58,516 nt of DNA from Candidatus Thorarchaeota archaeon. Lineage in GTDB: Archaea; Asgardarchaeota; Thorarchaeia; Thorarchaeales; Thorarchaeaceae. How positions within the stretch are numbered: the stretch's first letter is position 1; each line of letters opens with the position of its first letter. Positions 1-9,763 of the stretch are shown here, piece after piece. The notes under the pieces are model-generated. The model worked only from the letters and a program-made list of their open reading frames with translations. It ran no database searches and was not told where the DNA came from. The position numbers and the translations under genes are program-made. Location: NCBI GenBank assembly GCA_016839605.1, contig JAEOTX010000078.1, forward strand, positions 1 through 58,516, in the 5' to 3' direction.

Positions 1-1098
1 AAACTGACTGTGATAGAGGCGGTTCGGGCAGGAACAACCTCCTTCTGCGACTATGGGAATCATATGAGCGATATTGTGGAACAGGTATACAAGAATGCTG
101 GAGTGAGAGCCAACGTATGTTCCACGATTAATCAGATGGGCGGGGAGAAACGTGAAGCGGGGAAATTGTACACATTCGACGAGAGCGTGGGAGAGCAGAA
201 ACTAAAGGAGAACATAGCGCTGGTCCGTCGATGGCATGGAAAGGCGGATGGGAGAGTTACATGCCTCTTTGGCCCCCAGGCTGCAGACATGATGAGCAAG
301 GATCTGCTTTTGCACGTGAAAGAACTGGCAGATGAACATGAATTGCGTATCCATATGCACGTTGCACAGGGCGGCAGGGAAAGAGCACAGATGGAAGCGA
401 GATATGGTATGTCAACCATCAGCTACTTGGACAATCTTGGATTTCTTGACTCTCGGCTCATTGCAGTGCATTGTCACGATACAACTGAGTCTGAATTAGC
501 TTTCCTAGCGAAGAACGGTGCAAACATGGTGGGTTGCCCAGGCTCCATCGGACTCATAGACGGAATCACTCCGCCCTTGCATGCGTTTATGCGGGCTGGA
601 GGAACGGCCGCACTGGGGTCGGACCAGTGTCCTCCAGCAGGGCACAATATGTTTGCACAGATGAGATACGCAGCTGTACTAAGCAAAGTGAAACACACAG
701 ACCCGTCGGTGCTTCCTGCGTGGAAAGCATTGAGGATGGTAACGATTGAGGCTGCGAAATGTCATGGCTTAGAAAAGAAAGTCGGGACTCTTGAAACAGG
801 AAAACGGGCAGACGTAGTCATTATCAATATGCATCGACCTCACCTGACACCAATATTGAGAGCGCCCTTGAGGAATATAGTTCCCAATCTCGTCTACCAA
901 GCCACTGGTTCAGAGGTTGAAACCGTGATTGTCGATGGCCGTGTCATTATGGATAGACGCCAGATGATGACCATTAACGAGGAAAATGTCTTGGCCAATG
1001 CCCAAAAAGCTGCTGAGAATCTTGCAGAGAGGGCTGAGGAAGACTTCGTTGCTGCAGGATCCATGCTTGCCAAGATGATGCGGGATGGAAAGACATAG
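1..1098 (+). CDS. Amidohydrolase family metal-dependent deaminase (MtaD/SsnA-like), 5'-truncated by window edge
   Basis: HMHVAQ, AVHC, LGSD and GTLETGKRADVV motifs; N-terminal HxH motif missing, so the gene starts before the window. Confidence 0.85.
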   Translation, partial: KLTVIEAVRAGTTSFCDYGNHMSDIVEQVYKNAGVRANVCSTINQMGGEKREAGKLYTFDESVGEQKLKENIALVRRWHGKADGRVTCLFGPQAADMMSKDLLLHVKELADEHELRIHMHVAQGGRERAQMEARYGMSTISYLDNLGFLDSRLIAVHCHDTTESELAFLAKNGANMVGCPGSIGLIDGITPPLHAFMRAGGTAALGSDQCPPAGHNMFAQMRYAAVLSKVKHTDPSVLPAWKALRMVTIEAAKCHGLEKKVGTLETGKRADVVIINMHRPHLTPILRAPLRNIVPNLVYQATGSEVETVIVDGRVIMDRRQMMTINEENVLANAQKAAENLAERAEEDFVAAGSMLAKMMRDGKT

Positions 1099-1395
1099 CT
1101 ACTCTTCGCAGTCCGTGTCGTCAGGAACGCATTGAGTTGGGTGATTAACACATTCCAAGAACTGATTGAACGTGATGGGTGGATATCCCATATCATGTCG
1201 ACGCTCGTTATCTAAGAGATATGCCTCATAGACCTCCAGCTCGTGAACTCTGTTATCCTTTGCAGATTCTATAGCTTGCTTCTTTTCGGAATAGAATGTC
1301 CACATTGCACCACACCCCTCAAATCCCCAGACCCTTGTTGGAATCAAAGATTCAGTGCTAGTCTGTTGTGATGCATCATCTTGAGTGTGTTTCAT
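1099..1395 (-). CDS. Hypothetical protein
   Basis: 98-aa ORF filling the gap between two genes; no motif recognised. Confidence 0.45.
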   Translation of the reverse strand: MKHTQDDASQQTSTESLIPTRVWGFEGCGAMWTFYSEKKQAIESAKDNRVHELEVYEAYLLDNERRHDMGYPPITFNQFLECVNHPTQCVPDDTDCEE

Positions 1396-1522
1396 GACGT
1401 TCGTCCTGCCTTGCGTCCTAATTCATGATAGTACGCTTTGTACTGTAATAAGGAGTGACCTAGAGGAACATTGACAGAGACCTCAGGTAACAGTTAAGAA
1501 CATCGCAAGCTGTTCCCATAGT

Positions 1523-2611
1523 ATGGACCTCGAAAAGCGCTTCGAATTAATCACCGGAGTTGGCGAAGAGATAGTCACGAAGGAAGAGCTTCGGCAGTTG
1601 CTAGAAGAGAAGAAGAATCCAATTGCGTATGATGGTTTCGAACCATCTGGCATGGCCCATCTTCCATTCGGTGTCTATCGACCACTGCTGCTGAAGGATC
1701 TAATAAAGGCAGGAATCAGATTCAAGATTTGGCTCGCTGATTGGTTCGCTTGGATCAACAACAAGATGGGCGGCGATTTGGACAAGATAAGGACCACAGG
1801 GGAATACTTCATCGAGGTCTGGAAAGCTGCTGGTGTTCCCAGCAACAAGGTCGAGTTCCTGTTCGCATCCGATGCGATGGATTCGATTGACTATTGGGAG
1901 AGAGTGGTGAGGATTGCGAAAGTCACCACTGTAGCCAGAGCGACGCGAGCATTGACCATCATGGGAAGAAAAGAAGGAGAGATGTCAGAAGTTGCACAGT
2001 ACTTCTATCCGGTAATGCAAGCATCAGACATCTTTCATCTCGAGGCTGACATAACCCAACTAGGCATGGACCAGCGGAGGGCGAATATACTTGCGAGGGA
2101 GGTTGGTCCAAAGCTAGGTCTTTGGAAACCTGTTGTGATAAGTCATCACATGTTGATTAATCTCGAGGGGGCAATTGAACCCGAGGGGCTTGATGAGGCT
2201 GAACGGGACTGGCACATGATACAGACAAAGATGAGCAAGAGCAGGCCGTCCTCAAGCATATTCGTTCATGATTCAGAAGATGAGATTCGTTCCAAGATCA
2301 TGGCGGCATACTGTCCTCCTAAGGAAGTTGAAGGCAATCCACTTCTTGACTATGCAAAACACATAGTCTTCAGGTCTTTCGACTCGATGACAGTGGAACG
2401 AAAGGCAAAATTTGGAGGGGATGTCGAGTTCACAAACTATGAGGACCTGGAAAAGTGCTACATTGCTGGAGACCTCCATCCACTTGATCTCAAGAATGCT
2501 ATGACAATCTATTTGGACAGAGCTGTTCAGCCAATCCGAGAGCACTTCGAGAAGAAAGGAAGTGCTAATAGTCTCTACGAGCAGGTCACAAGCTACCAGG
2601 TCACTAGATAG
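1523..2611 (+). CDS. tyrS: Tyrosyl-tRNA synthetase (archaeal/eukaryal type)
   Basis: YDGFEPSG, YPVMQASD, LGMDQR and KMSKS motifs. Confidence 0.96.
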   Translation: MDLEKRFELITGVGEEIVTKEELRQLLEEKKNPIAYDGFEPSGMAHLPFGVYRPLLLKDLIKAGIRFKIWLADWFAWINNKMGGDLDKIRTTGEYFIEVWKAAGVPSNKVEFLFASDAMDSIDYWERVVRIAKVTTVARATRALTIMGRKEGEMSEVAQYFYPVMQASDIFHLEADITQLGMDQRRANILAREVGPKLGLWKPVVISHHMLINLEGAIEPEGLDEAERDWHMIQTKMSKSRPSSSIFVHDSEDEIRSKIMAAYCPPKEVEGNPLLDYAKHIVFRSFDSMTVERKAKFGGDVEFTNYEDLEKCYIAGDLHPLDLKNAMTIYLDRAVQPIREHFEKKGSANSLYEQVTSYQVTR

Positions 2612-2715
2612 CCATCTCTTGGATTTGTTTGACAATCAATGTTTGGCCTGCTTACTGTCAGAAACACAGTCAGTCGATACAATATGTTATCTGCAAGTAT
2701 CTATACCCCTGAGGC

Positions 2716-3246
2716 ATGTCAGAAGAGCCAAAGGAACTGATAACACTAGATAGGCGGGGTGATTTGTGCCCTCGAGTTGCATTTCTATTCTCAATGATGG
2801 ATAGAATGCGCAGTCGACTCCTGCGGGTAGTAGAAGACCTTCCAGACGATGTGTTAGATTATTCTCCAGACATGAAGAGAATTGAAACAATCGGCACACT
2901 TCTCCTCCATATAGCAGCAGTCGAGTGGTCATGGATTTTCGAGGATATTGATGGAGAGGAAATGGACTATGAGAAATGGAAACATGCATTTGCCCTAAGA
3001 GAAGAGAATCTTCCTCAGCTCACCAAGCAAGGTTTGCAGTTCTACATTGACCGGCTTATAGAAGTGCGGAGCGAAGTCTTTGTTAGACTAAGAAACCTCG
3101 ACGATTCAAATCTGCACACACTCGTTGAAGTAGGAAACGCAGAAGTTAGTATCGAATGGATCTTGTTCCATCTGTTGGAACATGAGGCAATGCACATTGG
3201 TCAAATCTCAATTCTAAAAAGACAGGCTAAGACCGGGGAGAAGTAA
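2716..3246 (+). CDS. DinB/DUF664 family protein
   Basis: TIGTLLLHIAAVE and WILFHLLEHEAMHIGQI His-triad pattern. Confidence 0.85.
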   Translation: MSEEPKELITLDRRGDLCPRVAFLFSMMDRMRSRLLRVVEDLPDDVLDYSPDMKRIETIGTLLLHIAAVEWSWIFEDIDGEEMDYEKWKHAFALREENLPQLTKQGLQFYIDRLIEVRSEVFVRLRNLDDSNLHTLVEVGNAEVSIEWILFHLLEHEAMHIGQISILKRQAKTGEK

Positions 3247-3284
3247 TCTTGGAACCCCATTGACTAAGCCAAGAGGCATGCTTC

Positions 3285-4049
3285 ATGGATGAACGCGAAA
3301 TCAAAGACTTTCTTGGATTTGCGGTTGATGCCGCTGTAGAAGCAGGCAAGATTACAAAGGAGTACTTTCTTGGTTCCATGGATGTTGACACTAAGAATGA
3401 TGATACACCAGTGACTGAAGCAGATAGATTGGCTGAAGCATACATTAGAGGGTGCGTAGAAGAAACATATCCATCTCATTCAATTCTCGGGGAGGAAGCT
3501 GGAGAGGAAGGAAGAGATTCCGACCATAGGTGGATCATCGACCCCATTGATGGGACTCAGTCCTTCATCCGCGGAGTACCTCTTTACACAGTTCTCATCG
3601 CCCTAGAAGTGAAAGGAGAGCCACTGGTGGGAGTAATTCATAATCCCCCACTTCAGGAGACTGTAGCTGGAGCAAGAGGAGTCGGATGTTTCTACAATGG
3701 CACCCCTTGTCAAGTCAGTACTACATCGAAACTCGAGAAGGCTTGGGTTCAGGTAACAGATTATGCTGATCTTGTAAGACGGCGACCCAAGTTTGCTAAA
3801 CGTCTTCTGGAAGGCTCGTATTCCTGTCGAACATGGGGAGATGCATATGGCTACCTTCTTGTAGCAACTGGGAGAGTAGACGTGATGATTGACCCTATTA
3901 TGAAGATATGGGACATCGCACCATTGAAACCGATTATTTCTGAAGCGCAAGGTGTCTTCACAGACCTTGATGGGACTCCAAATGCAATGGGTGAATCCTC
4001 TATTGCATGCAATAATACCCTACATAAGCAAATAATGCGACTTGTATAG
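3285..4049 (+). CDS. Inositol monophosphatase family protein (HisN-like histidinol-phosphatase)
   Basis: PVTEAD, GEE, WIIDPIDGT, WGDAYGY and WDIAP motifs. Confidence 0.88.
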   Translation: MDEREIKDFLGFAVDAAVEAGKITKEYFLGSMDVDTKNDDTPVTEADRLAEAYIRGCVEETYPSHSILGEEAGEEGRDSDHRWIIDPIDGTQSFIRGVPLYTVLIALEVKGEPLVGVIHNPPLQETVAGARGVGCFYNGTPCQVSTTSKLEKAWVQVTDYADLVRRRPKFAKRLLEGSYSCRTWGDAYGYLLVATGRVDVMIDPIMKIWDIAPLKPIISEAQGVFTDLDGTPNAMGESSIACNNTLHKQIMRLV

Positions 4050-4136
4050 TCATTTTCAGTCCATATACTCCTCAGAAAACCTTTACAGGATTTGTTTCGT
4101 AGTGATTCGGTGTGCGATGAATAGGGGACGATTCAT

Positions 4137-5279
4137 TTGAAAACATGTGCCAAGTGTGGAAAGGCTAACCTTCCAACCAGAAAATACTGTTTGCGCTGTG
4201 GAGCATCACTGATTTCTGCTCCGAAACCTGAACCTCAAAAGCCAGCTCCAGAACCAGTGGCTCCAGAAACTCCACCCAAAGATGTCAGCGCCACATCGGA
4301 TGATAAATGGGTCAGGCCGAGTGAGGTTTCCACAGATCGAGTGAGGACAAGTGCACCAAAGGCAAAGTCCGAGCTGGAAAAGGCACGAGAAGCATTTGCT
4401 AAAGCTGAAGAGGTCGGCATTGAAGAGGCGGACTCAGGCATTGTCGAAACTCGAATGCTTAGGGCAAGCGAAGTGAGAGAACTCCTAGAATCTGCTGCGG
4501 AGTACGAGGCTCAACCTCCGCCAATGCCAGCACAGCCAGAGATGACAGAACCTGGAGCCCCTCCGCCGCCAGCGGCTCCTCCTATGCCAACACCAAAAAC
4601 CCTAGAAGAGGGAATTCTGGGTGCAAAATCGTCACTTGTAGATAAACCTGCTCCCCCTCCAGAACCCACACCTCCCGCCGAACCAATTTCTACGCCCGGG
4701 GGCACTCCAGCTCCAGCAGCTCCTACACCACCAACCGCATCCGCACCACCTGCGGCCAAACCTCCACCGGCTGCACCGGCTCCTGCACCAGCTCCAGCTC
4801 CAGCACCTACTGCTGTTGCACCTATTAGCGTGCCCATTTCCGAGCAAGTAATCCCAGAGGTCGAAGTCATTGAGATGAAGATACCCGACTCAGAATACCT
4901 TAAGGATGGGAAGATAAGCAACACACTAACTGATCTTCGGCATCTCCACGTCGAATTAAAGCAGGCAAATGCAGATCTTGACACAGTGACCGCGCATCTC
5001 GAAAATGATGTTCAGAACTGCAGGAATTCGAATGAAGTAAAGAGAATTCATTATGAGAGCATTCAGGAACAAGCACGTCTCGCCAAAGAGGAGTGGAATG
5101 CCTCTGACAAAGAATTTCGTGCCGCTCAGGACCGTAAGAAGAAGGAGATTGCTACCAGACAGAAGAGAATCGAGAAGATAAAGAAGAGCATTAGCAAAGC
5201 AGAATCTACGGTTGAGAAGCGTGTTCGAGACCTAGAGAAAGCGAAAGAGAAACTGGCTCAGCAAGAGAAATCAAAATAG
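4137..5279 (+). CDS. Zinc-ribbon / proline-rich / coiled-coil protein
   Basis: N-terminal CAKC...CLRC, long Pro/Ala-rich centre, charged heptad-like C-terminus. Confidence 0.75.
   Translation: MKTCAKCGKANLPTRKYCLRCGASLISAPKPEPQKPAPEPVAPETPPKDVSATSDDKWVRPSEVSTDRVRTSAPKAKSELEKAREAFAKAEEVGIEEADSGIVETRMLRASEVRELLESAAEYEAQPPPMPAQPEMTEPGAPPPPAAPPMPTPKTLEEGILGAKSSLVDKPAPPPEPTPPAEPISTPGGTPAPAAPTPPTASAPPAAKPPPAAPAPAPAPAPAPTAVAPISVPISEQVIPEVEVIEMKIPDSEYLKDGKISNTLTDLRHLHVELKQANADLDTVTAHLENDVQNCRNSNEVKRIHYESIQEQARLAKEEWNASDKEFRAAQDRKKKEIATRQKRIEKIKKSISKAESTVEKRVRDLEKAKEKLAQQEKSK
4700..4812 (+). repeat. Low-complexity coding repeat (ccagct/ccggct units encoding PAPAPA)
   Basis: Imperfect 6-nt units inside the Pro-rich CDS; boundaries approximate. 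Confidence 0.6.
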
Positions 5280-5471
5280 GAGTGGCAGAAAGCGGGTATA
5301 TTCGTGATCAAGCTCCATGCATAGTATCTGGTCACTAAATCGACAAATGTAATGGGTTCTACGATATTCTTCTGAAATTCGTGTGGGCACAAGGATTTCA
5401 ATCAAAAAAGAGCGTATCATAGACCCAAAACTAGCATCACGTAAGTCCAAAATAGAATAATATCAAACAAT

Positions 5472-5996
5472 ATGCACTATAGGGGTGAATTGACACACAC
5501 TAAACCCGGTATCGTGAAACTAGCAGTCATTGGTGCAGTTGCAGCAGGCAAAAGTACATTGATTGCTAAATTGGTTTCAGGCGCCTATATTGATTCATCA
5601 ATGGAAATGGGGGTCGATGTTTCGTCTTGGATGATCTCAGTAGACGAATTCACTTCGATCGAGGCATCGCTCTTTGAGTTCGATGAGCACGAGGAATTCA
5701 AGTTCTTTCAGGCAGCTGCTGTGACAGGAGCAAGGATAGCGTTGATTGTCTTCGACTGTTCATCCTTTGAGTCATTGCTGGCTGTTGAAGAATGGGTGGG
5801 TATGGTTTCCAATATACCCCATGATAGAAAGATATTCGTGGGGACCAAACTCGATTTGTGTGACGATGTTGACTACGATGCAATACATGAGATTACATCA
5901 CGCCACGGGATTGACTTTCTGCTGGTGAGCTCAAAAGAGGGCACCAATATCGGTACTCTTGCTCGTCGTTTGGGTGAGATGGCCCAACGCGTCTGA
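5472..5996 (+). CDS. Ras/Rab-like small GTPase with degenerate G2/G3
   Basis: G1 GAVAAGKST, LIVFD, G4 GTKLD, G5 VSSK; DxxG replaced by EFDE. Confidence 0.85.
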   Translation: MHYRGELTHTKPGIVKLAVIGAVAAGKSTLIAKLVSGAYIDSSMEMGVDVSSWMISVDEFTSIEASLFEFDEHEEFKFFQAAAVTGARIALIVFDCSSFESLLAVEEWVGMVSNIPHDRKIFVGTKLDLCDDVDYDAIHEITSRHGIDFLLVSSKEGTNIGTLARRLGEMAQRV

Positions 5997-6358
5997 CATG
6001 TGACCCTTCAATTTCACCAAATAGCATGGTTAGTGGAATTATCAATGCGGAGTACAAGTGCGAAACTACACCAATTGGCAGGGCGGCTTGAATTCTTTCT
6101 ACACCTCGATTGGTCTGCATAGCTTTGATATCTGTTTAAACCTTAGATTTGTAGCCCGCTGCGCTGAAGCCCTGAGTTATATACAAAGAGGATGACGCAC
6201 GCATCGAGGCTCACAAAAATGAGTTCTTAGCCAAGACCAAGGTCACTTTCGGGATTAAGGTGGATCCGCGGTTCTTGGAGTTCTTTCTTGAAGAATAATC
6301 CTAATCCAGAAAGTAATTTCAGTTTGTGAGTTTGAATTAAAGAAAGGGGTTAGGATGA

Positions 6359-7393
6359 ATGTCAGGAAATCAAGTTAGTCATCGAGCGTTTCTATTTAGA
6401 TTAAGAAATCTGGCAAAGAAAGCTCTTGAGAGGTATGGGTTAGAGAGAGCTGAAATCAAATTCAAGAGCTATAGTGGTAATGGATTGTATCAGGTCATTA
6501 TTCCATCTAGTAGAAAATCGGAATTTCCCGTTCCCCCTGGACGTTATGCATTGCGACTACATCAATTCGGATACATGAAACCCGAATACATCCGTTCCGA
6601 GTTAGAGTGGCTGTCCGCTTTGTGTGAGGTGGGAATCGATGTTCCAAGACCTATCAGAAACGAAGATGGAGATTGGTTGACAACAGCTGAAAGTGGATAT
6701 GATGTTCCAAGACAAAGGAATTGTACTCTTCTCAGTTGGGTTGAAGGTAGATTCCTAGAGAAGGGCCTGCGTCCAAAGCATTTCGAATCATTAGGTAAAG
6801 TAGCTGGAAAAATGCAGGAACAATCAATGCTGTGGAAGAAACCCAAGGGGTTCAAACGCCCTCATTGGGATTGGGAAGGTCTCTTTGGAGATGGTTTCGA
6901 TTACGGTTTCGTTGCACAAGACGCACGGGATGCAATTCCGAAGAAACATCAACAGGTGTTCAATGACGTCTTGAAACGCGTTGAAGAAGCTAGCCAGCAG
7001 TTGGGAAAGGGCAAGAGGGTCTACGGATTGATTCATGCGGATCTTGGAAATACTGTATTTCGTGCTGGAAAGGCACGCCCCTTCGACTTCGACGATTGTG
7101 GATTCGGCTACTGGATGTTCGACTTAGGCGTAGTGCTAGCCCATTATATGCTTGATTCCGAAGGCAGCTCTCCAAAGATGCGGGATGCCTTGATTGTAGG
7201 ATATCAAGATACGAGTATATTACCAGAATCGAACTTGGAATACCTTGACCTCTTCACTGCTGCACGTTTTGCACAGCTTATGTTCTTCTATCAAGGAATG
7301 GGATTGAAGTTCCCTCGACACCGTGATGAGGCCTTGGGAGAGATCAATCAATCTGCAAGGTATCTAAAACGCATTCTCAAGAAGATGAGATAG
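6359..7393 (+). CDS. Aminoglycoside phosphotransferase / type II homoserine kinase-like protein
   Basis: YALRLH, SELEWL, GLIHADLGN and FDFDDCG motifs. Confidence 0.85.
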   Translation: MSGNQVSHRAFLFRLRNLAKKALERYGLERAEIKFKSYSGNGLYQVIIPSSRKSEFPVPPGRYALRLHQFGYMKPEYIRSELEWLSALCEVGIDVPRPIRNEDGDWLTTAESGYDVPRQRNCTLLSWVEGRFLEKGLRPKHFESLGKVAGKMQEQSMLWKKPKGFKRPHWDWEGLFGDGFDYGFVAQDARDAIPKKHQQVFNDVLKRVEEASQQLGKGKRVYGLIHADLGNTVFRAGKARPFDFDDCGFGYWMFDLGVVLAHYMLDSEGSSPKMRDALIVGYQDTSILPESNLEYLDLFTAARFAQLMFFYQGMGLKFPRHRDEALGEINQSARYLKRILKKMR

Positions 7394-7571
7394 CTATTAG
7401 TGAGAAGTAAGTTTGAAAGAGCGCTATGTAGCCATAACTTAGGAAACCGAAGGACTGGAAACACCTGTAAATGACTTCGAACCCTGCGTCCTCGAACTCC
7501 TTCCCCCGCCATTGCTTTAATAGTCTTCAATTATTCGACGTATCCAATGAACCAAAAGAGAGGCGTTCTAA

Positions 7572-9092
7572 GTGCCAGGCGATGAGCCACATACATCGAG
7601 TGAGAGATTGATAGTAGTTCTCTTCCTTTTTGCTCTCTTGCCAATTGCACTTTGTCATTTATTAGGACTCGCGCAAATTCTGCTGGCTCAAGATGATCTT
7701 CTATTAGGACTCATCCTGTTATTGGCAATGGGTATGGGAGTTAACAGCACACTCGTAGCCTATTCATTGGTAAATTACATGCAGGAACGAGATTTCAGAG
7801 ACCTCGCTCTTTTACTGATTGTGCTGGATGGTATCATCCTAATGCTGTTCTATCTAATCACTAATCCCGCTTCGGCATCATGGTCTCTCTTTGCGGACAG
7901 AGAGAAAAACAGGACCATCATAACAGCTTTCGCCTTCGTCTTGATTCCTTTCTTGCTATTTGGTTCACTTGAAAAGAAATCTACAGCGACCAAGAAGCAG
8001 GAGATTGTTTCGGCCGCTTGGGGATTGTGCTTAATGCCTTCGGTGCTATTGTGGTTTTTCCTCAGTCCGGAACCGGTATTTATCACATCTCAAAACGGGG
8101 GAGGAATCTCGGGGATAACACCCTTGGGATGGGTGATCCTCTTGGGATCTCTGATTACACTCGTAGGAAGTCTGGTAAAGAGCTTCTTTGCATGGATAAG
8201 GGAGAAGACCCGCATTACACTGGCCTATTTTTTGGCACTTGTCTTGTGGATGACTTCTGTATTGACCTTCGTTGTGCAAGGAGATCCGTTTCAACTTTCA
8301 GAGCTGCTCTGGTTCTGGGGAATTTCATCTGGATTCGCGGTAATAGCTGTGGCTATGCTCATCTCTAACGTAATCGAACCTCGCAAGGAATTATCAGAGG
8401 CTGTGAGGAGCAGAACAGAAGATCTTGAGTATGCCAAAAAAGAAACAGAGTTCTATCTCAATATCTGGGCGCACAAGGTCGGTAACCTCTTACAGGGCAT
8501 GACGACATATCTAGACCTATTCTCAGCGTCTATTGATCCTGAGTTTCTCTCTCGACCTCAAGAAACTGCTAAGGACCTATCTGGACAGGCGACAATAATC
8601 AATAGGCAGGTCGCAGCACTTCTCAGAGTAAAGGAAACCGAAGAACCGAGAACATGGCCAGTTCATCTGGCAAATATGATTAGAAGAGCCCATGAAGAAA
8701 CAATTGAAGCCCTCGACAGGGATTCAGAGGCCCTAGTTCTTGATGGTGAAAGCAAGGTTCATGTCATAGCTGATGATTTTCTTGATTTGGCCTTCAGTTG
8801 TCTGTTCAGATTCATTTTGGATAATCATCATCCTGATAATCCATTGAAATTAAAAATTGAAGAATCTAAAGACAAAGTCCAGGTTAGCATCACATGTGCA
8901 GGGATGACACTGACAAGTGATGCTGAGCTTGCTCTATCGGATGACATTATCCCAAATAGAAAACACCTTGGACTTGAAATCTTCACTGCGAAACTCCTGA
9001 TGGCATATTACGGTGGGCGCCTCGCATATCGGAAAGACAGTGAAGCCGGTGCTACCTCTTTCATCTTGGATTTCAAACAGTTTCGTAGATAG
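7572..9092 (+). CDS. Multi-pass membrane sensor histidine kinase-like protein with degenerate ATPase domain
   Basis: About 8 hydrophobic segments; H-box-like WAHKVGNLLQ; V-x-ADD and LGL...YGGRL HATPase remnants. Confidence 0.7.
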   Translation: MPGDEPHTSSERLIVVLFLFALLPIALCHLLGLAQILLAQDDLLLGLILLLAMGMGVNSTLVAYSLVNYMQERDFRDLALLLIVLDGIILMLFYLITNPASASWSLFADREKNRTIITAFAFVLIPFLLFGSLEKKSTATKKQEIVSAAWGLCLMPSVLLWFFLSPEPVFITSQNGGGISGITPLGWVILLGSLITLVGSLVKSFFAWIREKTRITLAYFLALVLWMTSVLTFVVQGDPFQLSELLWFWGISSGFAVIAVAMLISNVIEPRKELSEAVRSRTEDLEYAKKETEFYLNIWAHKVGNLLQGMTTYLDLFSASIDPEFLSRPQETAKDLSGQATIINRQVAALLRVKETEEPRTWPVHLANMIRRAHEETIEALDRDSEALVLDGESKVHVIADDFLDLAFSCLFRFILDNHHPDNPLKLKIEESKDKVQVSITCAGMTLTSDAELALSDDIIPNRKHLGLEIFTAKLLMAYYGGRLAYRKDSEAGATSFILDFKQFRR

Positions 9093-9181
9093 TAATGAAA
9101 CTAGGCCAGAAATGATTGCAAGAAATAGAAGTTTGAAGCTAGCCTGCTGATTAACTTGGAAAGAACCCATTAATGGCCAAC

Positions 9182-9739
9182 TTATGGAGGCGTCCAATCG
9201 AGAGGGATGTTTTCAGCGAGAGTTCTTAGCAGTTCCTTTGTCCTCTTATCGTCAAATCTACAGCTCTCCCACACCTTTTGTTCAAACAATAAATCATCAT
9301 TATTTCTAATCGAAAATGTAAGCACCGCCGCATTGGGGAGTGCTCTTTCTGAACAATTCTCCAGGTCCCATATCTTCTTCTTAACTAAGTCTTGTATGAA
9401 GACAGACAGCTTATCATTGGAAAACGCAATCTCTCTTTTCTTAGCGGCCTTGGTTTCTTTCTTGATATCGACTGGAGTTCCTTTTGGTATCTTCCAATGT
9501 ACAATATTTTTAGAGGTCACGGTGATTCTTAATCGTGAATAGTATGCCGTGTGTCCAGATTGATACTCGAATGAAAAGCTCGTTAAATCGGCTTTTCCCT
9601 TTAGCAGATTCTTAAGGTGGTTCCTCAGTTCTTTCTTAGTATACGTCACTTGCTTCGACCTCAAAATTCTGACTACTGATTCATGTCCAAGTAGAAATGA
9701 CACAAGATAAGGTATTGGAAGAGAAACTGGCGCTAACAA
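9182..9739 (-). CDS. Hypothetical protein (start uncertain)
   Basis: 185-aa ORF downstream of lysS in the same orientation. Confidence 0.55.
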   Translation of the reverse strand: MLAPVSLPIPYLVSFLLGHESVVRILRSKQVTYTKKELRNHLKNLLKGKADLTSFSFEYQSGHTAYYSRLRITVTSKNIVHWKIPKGTPVDIKKETKAAKKREIAFSNDKLSVFIQDLVKKKIWDLENCSERALPNAAVLTFSIRNNDDLLFEQKVWESCRFDDKRTKELLRTLAENIPLDWTPP

Positions 9740-9763
9740 AAAGGGAGATTCAATGTCTGTTGA

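Noticed and set aside
1-1098. Amidohydrolase as the missing HutF
   Set aside because: It lies over 21 kb from the hut genes and has only generic deaminase motifs, so it cannot be assigned
4511-4984. Gly/Ala-rich antisense ORF
   Set aside because: Shadow of the Pro-rich plus-strand CDS
5893-6180. Possible degraded membrane-protein fragment on the minus strand
   Set aside because: Short, overlaps the GTPase, and no family can be recognised
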